Shown here: piece by piece, positions 25,260 through 32,713 of the stretch | Layout: each line of letters opens with the position of its first letter | Position numbering within the stretch: the first letter of the stretch is position 1 | Assembly: GCA_015522845.1 (NCBI GenBank) | Contig: WALL01000009.1 | Span: 1-55,213 of the forward strand | From: Nanobdellati archaeon | GTDB lineage: Archaea > B1Sed10-29 > WALL01 | Length of the DNA: 55,213 nucleotides | Direction: 5' to 3' | The notes under the pieces: model-generated | The model's database searches: none | Told to the model about the DNA's origin: nothing | The model's input: only the letters and a program-made list of their open reading frames with translations | Translations under genes and position numbers: made by a program

Positions 25260-25775
25260 ATGTTGACACGTGAAGAGGCACTACAAATCCTTGAGGAGGA
25301 GAATACCCCGCAAAATGTTATTGAGCACTGCAAGGCAGTCGCAAGGAAGGCAGTTGCAATAGCAAAGGAAATCAAGGCCGCAGGGCACGATGTTAACCTA
25401 CAGCTTGTAGAGACCGGTGCGCTTCTTCATGACATAGGCCGCTCCCAGACACATGGGATTGACCATGGCTATATGGGCGGCGTTATCCTCCGTGCACGCG
25501 GGCTGAAGGAATATGCACACATATGCGAGAGGCACATAGCTGCCGGGCTATCAAAGGCCGAGGCAAAGCGGTTTGGGCTCCCCCCAAAGGAATACATACC
25601 CCAAACAATTGAGGAGAAGATAATTGCCGATGCCGATAACCTCACAGAGGACACGCACCCAATACAGATAGGCGAAGAAATCCAAAAGCTAAGGGATGCT
25701 GGCGTCCCAGAGGAAGCCATCACCCGCGTGCGCGAGCTTTACGAGGAGATTGAGGCACTATCTTCTTCGGCTTGA
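25260..25775 (+). CDS. HD-domain phosphohydrolase
   Basis: LLHDIGRSQTHGIDHG...ICERHIAAGL...IADADN are the HD metal ligands. Confidence 0.75.
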   Translation: MLTREEALQILEEENTPQNVIEHCKAVARKAVAIAKEIKAAGHDVNLQLVETGALLHDIGRSQTHGIDHGYMGGVILRARGLKEYAHICERHIAAGLSKAEAKRFGLPPKEYIPQTIEEKIIADADNLTEDTHPIQIGEEIQKLRDAGVPEEAITRVRELYEEIEALSSSA

Positions 25776-25822
25776 GCAGAGTTTCAGCAACACTTTAATA
25801 TCCCCTTTTCCTGTTCTTATCT

Positions 25823-26443
25823 ATGCGTACAAATGACGAGCTTGTTGACTACCTCAAGGGGACTGGTGCGCTGTATGATGAGGCAGTAGAGGAGGCAATG
25901 CGGCGTGTGGACAGGATAGCGTTCGTCCCGCAGCGATACCGAAGCCATGCTTATGAGGACCGTGCTCTCCCAAACTTGCTTGGCCAAACAACATCACAGC
26001 CAACAATGGTTGCGCTTATGCTGCAGCATCTGGCAGCTTCAGCCGGGATGAAGGCACTTGAGGTTGGGGCAGGCACAGGCTATGTTGCAGCCATCCTTAG
26101 CGAGCTTGTTGGCCCGGAGGGGGAAGTCCATGCCATCGAGCGCATTCCTGCCATAGCGCACGAGGCCCAAAAGCGCCTTGTTGCATACTCTAATGTATAT
26201 GTCCATATAGGCAATGGCATAACAGGGCTGAAGGGCAAGGCGCCCTTCGACCGCATAATTGTAAGTGCAGCTGCGGAGAATCCGCCACAGGCGCTCATTG
26301 ACCAGCTGTCTGGCAGCGGCAAGATAGTAATGCCAGTTGGGCATAGCAATATGCAGCGCCTCACGCTTGTGGAAAAGCTTGCCGGCAGTGTGCGGAAAAC
26401 AGACTTGGGCATAAACTGTGTGTTTGTCCCGCTCATCTATTAA
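25823..26443 (+). CDS. pcm: Protein-L-isoaspartate O-methyltransferase
   Basis: GQTTSQPTMVALMLQHL, the SAM motif ALEVGAGTGYVAAILSELVG, and DRIIVSAAA. Confidence 0.9.
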   Translation: MRTNDELVDYLKGTGALYDEAVEEAMRRVDRIAFVPQRYRSHAYEDRALPNLLGQTTSQPTMVALMLQHLAASAGMKALEVGAGTGYVAAILSELVGPEGEVHAIERIPAIAHEAQKRLVAYSNVYVHIGNGITGLKGKAPFDRIIVSAAAENPPQALIDQLSGSGKIVMPVGHSNMQRLTLVEKLAGSVRKTDLGINCVFVPLIY

Positions 26444-26448
26444 GCTTA

Positions 26449-26482
26449 CAGAAAGGGGGTGCCAGCGGCACTCCTTTTTCTG
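26449..26482. terminator. Bidirectional hairpin terminator between convergent pcm and rad50
   Basis: CAGAAAGGGGGTGCC-agc-GGCACTCCTTTTTCTG forms a stem of about 15 bp. It carries a T-run on the plus strand and its complement on the minus strand, and shares the CCTTTTTCTG motif with the repeat family. Confidence 0.6.
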
Positions 26483-26491
26483 GCATGCGGC

Positions 26492-28819
26492 TTAATCCTT
26501 TCCGCTTGACACAAGCACTATTTTTGTTGGCCCATCTTTTTCCTTCTCACGCTCAAGCCGATATAGGTTGCCTGTTGCTGCCGCCTCCATTGCATCATCG
26601 TGGGTTATTAGGAATATTTGGCTTACAACCTCAGGAAGCGGCCCCTGCATGGCCTCTGTCAGCCGCATGACCCCGTTTGAGTCAAGATTATGTGTTGGCT
26701 CGTCAAGAACAAGCCATGAAAGCTGGGGGGCAAGGACTATTGAAAACGCAATCCTAAGTGCAAGTGCTGCTGTGCTCCTCTCGCCCCCCGAGGCAAACCC
26801 CTCTATGTTTGCCCAGCCACCGATTAGGGTTAGCACCTGTAGCGCATAGTCTCCCTGCTCAATACCAAGCCTAATCCGTGGATAGTCAGCATAAGGGTAA
26901 AGCTTGCCCCATATCTCATCAAGCCCCAGATTTACTGCAGAGACAAACTGCTCCCTTAGCTGTACCTGTGTATCCTCAAGGCTTTTCTTGAATATTGACA
27001 TCTTGTCAGCTGCTTTTGAAAGGAGCCCAATGCGCTCCCTCATAGCCGCAGCTTCTTCTTCCCTTTCCCTCATCTCGCTGATTAGCCGCCTTTTCTCAGT
27101 TGCAAGCCTCTCTGCTGATGAGACAAGCGACTCTAGCTCACCTGCTTTGGAAGACAGCTGCCTTATTCCGGCCTGCAATCCAGACAGCTCGCCCTCATCA
27201 AAGTGTAGCTTGCTTAGCTTTTCTTTTAGCCTTGCCTCCTTCTCTTTAAGGCTTGTGATTTCCCTTATGGCAGCATCAAGCTCCCCCCTTTTCTCGAGTA
27301 GCATCTCAAGCTCCTTGGCCCTGGCGGATAGCACTTCCCTTTCTTTTTGCAGCGCACCAATGGCGGCTTGCTCTTTTTTGGCAGCCTCCTTTAGGGAACT
27401 AAGCCTTGCCAGCGCATTGCTAAGGTCCTGCTTAAGCTTTGCAATATCCCCAGCAGCACCAAGCGCCTCTATTTGTGCGCTTATCCTGTCAAGCTCCCTG
27501 GCCTTTTCCTCAATGGGGCCAATGCTAATGGCACTAAGCCTTTTTTGGGTGCTAAGCAGGAGTGCCTTGCTATCGCTAATGTCCTTGGCTGCAGCCATTT
27601 CAAGCTCCCCCCGTTTCTCTAGGGTTATTGGGCTTTCACATACCGGGCACCTATCACCTGCCCCTGCAAGTGCCTTAATCCTCTTCTCTGCGTTGGCTAT
27701 TGCAAGCTCGCACCTCTCCTGCTTTTCCAGCAGCGAATCGCGCTCTGCCCTTGCCGTTTCCAGCTTCTTGTGCCATTCGCCCTTCTCCAGGGCGGCTTTC
27801 CTTTTGGCAAGTGCTTCCCTTTCAGCAGCCTTTTCCTCAGCTTGCCTTAGCTGCTCGTTGAGGACAGCTACTTCCTGCTCTGCCTTGGCTGCCTCCCTTC
27901 CTGCCTTTGGCTCAGCTGCAGCCGCTAGCCCCTTAAGCTGCTGCTGTGTGTGCTGTAGCTCTGCAGTTATGTCCCCCGCTGCTTCAAGCTCTTTCTTAAG
28001 CTCAGAGGCGGCCTTTGAATGCACATCGAGGCGCGAGGATATTGAAGCCAGCTCTTCCCTAGCTGCCCCTGCCTGCTTTCTTGTATCCTCCATTGTAGCC
28101 CGCCTTTCCTCTAGTTCGGACAGCTTTGTGCGCACGCTTAAAAGCAGCTTCTGGTTTCTAGCTTTCTCATCTTCTATTGCTGCAAGTGCCTTTTCCTCCT
28201 TAGCTATATCTGGCAGCTCAAGGCTGCCAAGCTGCTGCCTTAGCGCATTGGCTTCGCTTGAAAACTGCCTTGCAAGCGCAGAAGCATTCTTCCTTGCCTC
28301 GCCAAACCTGTCAATTCTGAGCAGCTCATCAATCTTTCTCTTCCTTTGTCCTGAGGGTATTTGCAAGAAATAGTCAAGCTGGTTTTGCTCGCTATAAACC
28401 GCTCTAGAGAAGAGGTCATAGTCCATGCCGAGTATTTTTGTAATCTCCTCACTAACGCGCTTTGTCTGCGGGCCCTCAATAAGGCGCCCCCCCTCGCGCA
28501 GCTCGCTTCTTGTTGTGCCCTTCCCAAGCGCTACTTCCCTAACAACCGTATAGCTTTTGCCTTTTGCAGTGAAATCCACCTCCACTGATGCCTTGCCCCT
28601 CTGTTCTGGCTTGTTAGTTATGCAGGCGTCAAGCGAAGCTTTTTTCGAGCTTAGCGCGGGGAATGTCCCAAAAAGGGCGAAGCTTATCGCGTCAAGGACG
28701 GCGCTCTTCCCGGCCCCCATTACACCGACTAGCACGTTTGTCCCCGGCAGGAAGCTTAGCTTGCTGTTGGCATGGCTCTTCCAGTTGGTCAGCCTTACTT
28801 CTGTAATCACGCCCTTCAT
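26492..28819 (-). CDS. rad50: Rad50-type SMC-like ATPase with zinc hook
   Basis: Walker A GVMGAGKSAVLDAISFALFG, a long Glu/Lys/Ala/Leu coiled coil with a central CPVC hook (GDRCPVCESPI), signature motif SGGERSTAALALRIAF, and Walker B LVLDEPTHNLD. Confidence 0.85.
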   Translation of the reverse strand: MKGVITEVRLTNWKSHANSKLSFLPGTNVLVGVMGAGKSAVLDAISFALFGTFPALSSKKASLDACITNKPEQRGKASVEVDFTAKGKSYTVVREVALGKGTTRSELREGGRLIEGPQTKRVSEEITKILGMDYDLFSRAVYSEQNQLDYFLQIPSGQRKRKIDELLRIDRFGEARKNASALARQFSSEANALRQQLGSLELPDIAKEEKALAAIEDEKARNQKLLLSVRTKLSELEERRATMEDTRKQAGAAREELASISSRLDVHSKAASELKKELEAAGDITAELQHTQQQLKGLAAAAEPKAGREAAKAEQEVAVLNEQLRQAEEKAAEREALAKRKAALEKGEWHKKLETARAERDSLLEKQERCELAIANAEKRIKALAGAGDRCPVCESPITLEKRGELEMAAAKDISDSKALLLSTQKRLSAISIGPIEEKARELDRISAQIEALGAAGDIAKLKQDLSNALARLSSLKEAAKKEQAAIGALQKEREVLSARAKELEMLLEKRGELDAAIREITSLKEKEARLKEKLSKLHFDEGELSGLQAGIRQLSSKAGELESLVSSAERLATEKRRLISEMREREEEAAAMRERIGLLSKAADKMSIFKKSLEDTQVQLREQFVSAVNLGLDEIWGKLYPYADYPRIRLGIEQGDYALQVLTLIGGWANIEGFASGGERSTAALALRIAFSIVLAPQLSWLVLDEPTHNLDSNGVMRLTEAMQGPLPEVVSQIFLITHDDAMEAAATGNLYRLEREKEKDGPTKIVLVSSGKD

Positions 28820-28947
28820 TATTAGCTTTCTCGAATAAATAAGCAAAGGCTTTTAAACCACCTCTTGCCCAATAGCGCCGGGGAGTTTCTCCCCCGCGAG
28901 GCGCCCCGTTCTCCTCTCCCCCGGGGGCCTCGCGTTATGGTGCTAAT

Positions 28948-29349
28948 ATGCGCTTTTTCTGCGATGCAATGCTGGGGAAGCTAGCGCGGTGGCTGAGGAT
29001 TTTTGGCTATGACTGCGGGCTTGCTCCTGAAAGGGCAGCAGACAGCGAGGTCCTTAGCCTTGCCGAAGGCCGCATACTCCTCACGCGCGACAAGGAGCTG
29101 GCTAGGCTGCCAAATGCGCTTTATGTGCCCGGCAATACCATCAAGTCACAGCTGTCGCTGCTTTACAGGAGATACCACATCCGCCTGGCCATAACCCCAA
29201 CGCGCTGCCCGCTATGCAATGGAAAGCTTGTTAAGGCAGAGACGCCTAATGGCCCTGGCTGGAAATGCACCAGCTGCGGCAAGGAATACTGGCAGGGCTC
29301 ACATTGGAAAAGGATAGCAGAGCTGGCTGAAGAGGTAAGAAGGGAATAG
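28948..29349 (+). CDS. Mut7-C (DUF82) PIN-like RNase domain protein with a Zn ribbon
   Basis: MRFFCDAMLGKLARWLRIFGYD...LLTRDKEL plus CPLCNG...CTSCGKEYWQGSHW. Confidence 0.75.
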   Translation: MRFFCDAMLGKLARWLRIFGYDCGLAPERAADSEVLSLAEGRILLTRDKELARLPNALYVPGNTIKSQLSLLYRRYHIRLAITPTRCPLCNGKLVKAETPNGPGWKCTSCGKEYWQGSHWKRIAELAEEVRRE

Positions 29350-29376
29350 CGCTTACATAAGCCTTGCGAGGTCTAC
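29348..29376. repeat. 29-nt duplicate of the aEF-1beta 3' end (last 7 codons, stop, plus 5 nt)
   Basis: agcgcttacataagccttgcgaggtctac is identical to 29443..29471, and it overlaps the stop codon of the Mut7-C gene. Confidence 0.85.
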
Positions 29377-29447
29377 AACGGCCCGACTGAGCCGGCGCGT
29401 AGGCGCTTGCGGGGGCACAGGCCCCCGTAATAGACAGGCAACAGCGC

Positions 29448-29705
29448 TTACATAAGCCTTGCGAGGTCTACGACTTGCACATCGCCAACTTCTGGCAGCG
29501 CCTTCAGCTTTTCCTCTAGCTTCTCGGTCCCTCCCTCGGAGTCGGGGATGACAACGGTCAGCTTTAGTGCCTTAAGGCCAAAGGCAATTGGCTCCTCTGC
29601 CACATTGTCTACCTTCCCGGCGGCTGCAACAGCAGCGCCCTTTAGCTTCTCAAAATCAGTACCCTCAGCGGGCATGAGCTTTAAGACAGCAACTACGTCT
29701 CCCAT
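29448..29705 (-). CDS. ef1b: Translation elongation factor aEF-1 beta
   Basis: MGDVVAVLKLMPAEGTDFEKL...PIAFGLKALKLTVVIPDSEGGTEKLEEKL is a typical ~85-aa aEF-1beta. Confidence 0.9.
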   Translation of the reverse strand: MGDVVAVLKLMPAEGTDFEKLKGAAVAAAGKVDNVAEEPIAFGLKALKLTVVIPDSEGGTEKLEEKLKALPEVGDVQVVDLARLM

Positions 29706-29709
29706 GTGC

Positions 29710-29859
29710 TCACGGCCCCTCGAACCCGCACTCTGGGCACACGTACCTGCTTGCCCTCTCCCTGCAGTCCTGGCACCTAATTATCTCATGGCCACAGCTA
29801 GGGCACTTGAACCGCACATAATTGTCAGTAACTTCCTTATTGCACGACGTGCACTTCAT
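29710..29859 (-). CDS. Zn-ribbon RNA-binding protein (COG2888-like) upstream of aEF-1beta
   Basis: MKCTSCNKEV...FKCPSCGHEIIRCQDCRERASRYVCPECGFEGP has four CxxC pairs. The conserved archaeal gene pair with ef1b supports the call. Confidence 0.7.
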   Translation of the reverse strand: MKCTSCNKEVTDNYVRFKCPSCGHEIIRCQDCRERASRYVCPECGFEGP

Positions 29860-30040
29860 CAAATCACTCCAGGGCGTTATTCTGAGGGCGATGCTTTTTA
29901 AATGTTTAGGCACATTCTCGGCAATTCATGGAGAGCGGGCACCACTATTTTCAGTAGTGCTTAAAAAGAAAGAGGCCCAAAAATACCTCCCTGAAGTGTC
30001 CTTTAGGCACCAATACAAACAAGGCAAGCTGTTACAGAAA

Positions 30041-30114
30041 GCCTCCGTGATCTAGCCTGGATAGGATGTAAGCTTGCGGAGCTTATCGCGAGGGTTCAAA
30101 TCCCTCCGGAGGCG
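30041..30114 (+). tRNA. tRNA-Arg (anticodon GCG)
   Basis: GCCTCCG/CGGAGGC acceptor, anticodon stem TAAGC/GCTTA with loop TTGCGGA, T arm GAGGG-TTCAAAT-CCCTC. Confidence 0.9.
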
Positions 30115-30117
30115 CTC

Positions 30118-30158
30118 GGGGAGCTAACGGCTCCCCCTTGCTCTATTTTCCGCCGGCT
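30118..30158 (+). terminator. tRNA trailer: perfect 7-bp hairpin plus TTTTCCGCC motif
   Basis: GGGGAGC-taacg-GCTCCCC followed by ttgctctaTTTTCCGCCgg. The stem sequence matches that of the tRNA-Gly trailers. Confidence 0.55.
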
Positions 30159-30170
30159 CTTTCCCACGAA

Positions 30171-30272
30171 CCTTTTTCTGCTAAAAGCTGTGGGAAAAGC
30201 GTTCACGGAAAAAGCATTTCCGCCGGCGCTTTTATACCGGGCGAGCGAAGCGAGTAGCAGAAAGGGCCGTTT
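30171..30272. repeat. Composite repeat: core-1 (30171..30211) plus module-2 (30217..30272), bounded by about 12-nt inverted termini
   Basis: The left end is cctttttctgcta. The right end, tagcagaaagggcc, is the reverse complement of ggccctttctgcta. Both halves recur elsewhere in the window. Confidence 0.75.
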
Positions 30273-30324
30273 GGATCCCGATAGGGGCGTTCCTTTTTTT
30301 AACCCCAACTGCCTTATCCCAACC

Positions 30325-31176
30325 ATGAAGGGGCCAACCAAGCTGAAAGAGTATGGCGCCAAGAAGGCGTTCGGCAAGCTGCGCTCCGTGCTGATGCACC
30401 GCCCATATCATGAGCTAGAGCTTGTTGGCGATCCAGATAAATGGGGCTTTGCCTCCAAGCCAAACAAGGACATTGCTGCCAAAGAATTTGATAACCTTGT
30501 GGATATCCTAAAGGAAAACAAGGTAGATGTCTACAAAGTCCAGACTGACCGCGCCCCCCCGCCAAACCTCTACTACACGCGGGACCTTGGCCTGTGCACA
30601 AGCAACGGCATTGTGCTTGCTAACTTTTATGCCAACTACCGCCAGGGGGAGGAGCTTTACCTGCAGATAACTGCACAGGAGCTTGGCATTCCTGTCTTTG
30701 GGAAGCTAAGGGACACTTATTTTGAAGGGGGCGACTTTGTCCAGATAAGCGACAGTACAGCGGCGCTTGGCCTCCAGAGAAGCAGCTACGGCGGCTATGA
30801 GGATGTCTCAGAGTTTGTTGATGTCGACCTCTTGCCAGTCCCGCATTCGGAGAAGTTTGCCCACCTGGATGTTGTCTTTAACATGGTTGGCCCCAAGCTA
30901 TGTGTTGCATGCACCAAGGCGCTCCCCGCAGAGTTCATAGACTTTCTCAAGCAAGAAAAGATAGATATAATTGACATAACTGTTGCACAGCAAAAGGAAC
31001 TTAGCTCAGACGTGCTTATGCTCAAAGGGGGCAGGGCCATAATAAGCGATGAGTGCACTAAAACAATTAGGGAGCTTGAGAAGAGGGGGGCCGATGTCAT
31101 TCCTATCCCCTTACATGAGCTGAAGAAGGGCAAGGGGGGGCCGGGGTGCCTTACCCTTCCGCTCTTGAGGAAGTAA
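30325..31176 (+). CDS. Guanidino-group-modifying enzyme superfamily protein (arginine deiminase/DDAH/amidinotransferase-like)
   Basis: The C-terminal GGPGCLTLPL is the catalytic-Cys motif of this fold, and YTRDLG and FEGGDF are consistent with it. The ATG at 30325 is chosen because the upstream part of the track ORF is repeat DNA. Confidence 0.6.
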   Translation: MKGPTKLKEYGAKKAFGKLRSVLMHRPYHELELVGDPDKWGFASKPNKDIAAKEFDNLVDILKENKVDVYKVQTDRAPPPNLYYTRDLGLCTSNGIVLANFYANYRQGEELYLQITAQELGIPVFGKLRDTYFEGGDFVQISDSTAALGLQRSSYGGYEDVSEFVDVDLLPVPHSEKFAHLDVVFNMVGPKLCVACTKALPAEFIDFLKQEKIDIIDITVAQQKELSSDVLMLKGGRAIISDECTKTIRELEKRGADVIPIPLHELKKGKGGPGCLTLPLLRK

Positions 31177-31579
31177 TTTTCTCAATGATCTTGCTTGTCT
31201 TATGGAGCTTGCCATTTGTAAGCTCCCTTATCCTGACAATTTTTGGGCTCAGCCCGCGCTGCTTCAGGTCATAGGCTAATTTATCCTCATCTACCTCCTG
31301 ATCTGGGCCAAGTATGATTACATCAGGCTGCTTTTCAGCAACGACCTTATACCAGTCCTTACTGTCCCCAACTATTGCCTCATCAACGGGCTTTAGCGCT
31401 GCAATCACTTCCCGCCTTTGCTCTGCGGGAATAATCACCTTCCCCTTTGCCTTCCTAACGGTCTCATCGCTGGCAACAACTACTATTAGCCTGTCGACAA
31501 AGGACTTTGCTTCTGTAAGATAGCGGATGTGCCCGCTGTGGAGGAGCACAAACTTGCCGAAGGCCATCCCAACCCGCAT
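31151..31579 (-). CDS. ribL: FMN adenylyltransferase (archaeal FAD synthetase RibL, cytidylyltransferase fold)
   Basis: GKFVLLHSGH, LIVVVASDETVRKAKGKVIIPAEQRREVIAALKPVDEAIVG and PDVIILGPDQ closely parallel characterised RibL. Confidence 0.75.
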   Translation of the reverse strand: MRVGMAFGKFVLLHSGHIRYLTEAKSFVDRLIVVVASDETVRKAKGKVIIPAEQRREVIAALKPVDEAIVGDSKDWYKVVAEKQPDVIILGPDQEVDEDKLAYDLKQRGLSPKIVRIRELTNGKLHKTSKIIEKITSSRAEG

Positions 31580-31631
31580 GAGGATATTCAGCTGGCAAAG
31601 CTTTTAAACCTTGTATTAGTTTATCTAGCAG

Positions 31632-32483
31632 ATGCTCCTAGAATTAGATGCCCCGCCAGATAAGGTGGAGGCAAAGATGGTCAGGCTGATATTGCCAGAC
31701 TTCATGCTGCTATTCCTTGTGCTTGCAATAGCAGGCAATGCCGCAGTAATCCTCTCCGGCATAGTAAAGTTCCCGCAGGTGCTCCTGCTTGTGCCAGCAA
31801 TTTCAATACTTGCAATCATATTTGCATTTGTGCGGTTCTATGGCTACCTTTCAACTGTGCTTCGTGTAATGGGGGCACTATCAGCCGTTTACGATGAGCT
31901 TGGGGGGGGCAAGGCCAGGGTGCGCATAGCCTTCCCCGCACCAATCCTGCTATTTGGCTTCCTCTCAGAAGGGGGCTTTTCTAAAAGCACAGATAAGGTG
32001 TTTTCCTTCCTGATGAAGTCTGATTCTGCAAAGTACCAGGCCAGCCTTGCTATCCTGGTTGACCATGGCTATAAGCTTGATATTACAGTAACTGACTGGC
32101 GTAACCAAGCCCATTCCCGCCAGGCGGAAGGCAAGCTGCCGAAGTTGCAGAATGCAGCCATTGGTGTGGTAGAGGATATAAGAAGGTCAGTCCTTGAATC
32201 AAAGGGCGTCCCCATCCAAAGGATTGTCACGTCCCACGAAGGCTACCTGCCGCAGCCAGTTAAGAGGATGGCACTAGCTAGGAAGCCAGCCATTGTGCCG
32301 GCCCCCCCAAGGCGGGTTCCCACTCCCCCCCTCCCACCGGTGCTTGAGAAGAAGGCAGTTGAGCAAAAGAGAGATGAGCTAAGGGCAAAGCTCAGCACCA
32401 CAAGGAAAAAGTCAGAAAAGGAGGCGCTGCAGGACGTGCTCTACCAGCTCGAGGAAATAGACAAGGTAATCAAGAGCGGCTAG
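31632..32483 (+). CDS. Hypothetical membrane protein with a Pro-rich linker and a C-terminal coiled coil
   Basis: Two to three N-terminal TM helices, then PAIVPAPPRRVPTPPLPPV, then a charged helical tail. Confidence 0.5.
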   Translation: MLLELDAPPDKVEAKMVRLILPDFMLLFLVLAIAGNAAVILSGIVKFPQVLLLVPAISILAIIFAFVRFYGYLSTVLRVMGALSAVYDELGGGKARVRIAFPAPILLFGFLSEGGFSKSTDKVFSFLMKSDSAKYQASLAILVDHGYKLDITVTDWRNQAHSRQAEGKLPKLQNAAIGVVEDIRRSVLESKGVPIQRIVTSHEGYLPQPVKRMALARKPAIVPAPPRRVPTPPLPPVLEKKAVEQKRDELRAKLSTTRKKSEKEALQDVLYQLEEIDKVIKSG

Positions 32484-32713
32484 TAAAGCTTTTTCTTCAT
32501 GTATCTGGCGTTAGAGTACCCAAATCCCAGTAGCCCGTATGTGTGCACCACATGCGGTGCCGGGCCCGCATGGTGAGCACTTCAACAGGCCTTAGCTGCC
32601 CTGTCCTATCCATTAGCTCATTCATCAGCGCCTTTCCCCTCCTTTTCCTGTGCTCCGGAAGGACTGCCAGGTGGTGGGTGGTTGCCTGTAGCCTTCGTCC
32701 CTGTACTCCCGTA

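Noticed and set aside
26904-28373. A 489-aa plus-strand ORF, extremely Ser/Ala/Leu-rich
   Set aside because: It lies exactly antisense to the Glu/Lys/Ala/Leu-rich coiled coil of rad50. The low-complexity composition is what the complement of GAA/AAG/GCN/CTN codons produces. It has no start context or motifs.
21882-30272. CRISPR array hypothesis for the recurring ~41-nt repeat
   Set aside because: The copies are kilobases apart and not separated by uniform spacers. They occur in both orientations, and no cas genes are present.
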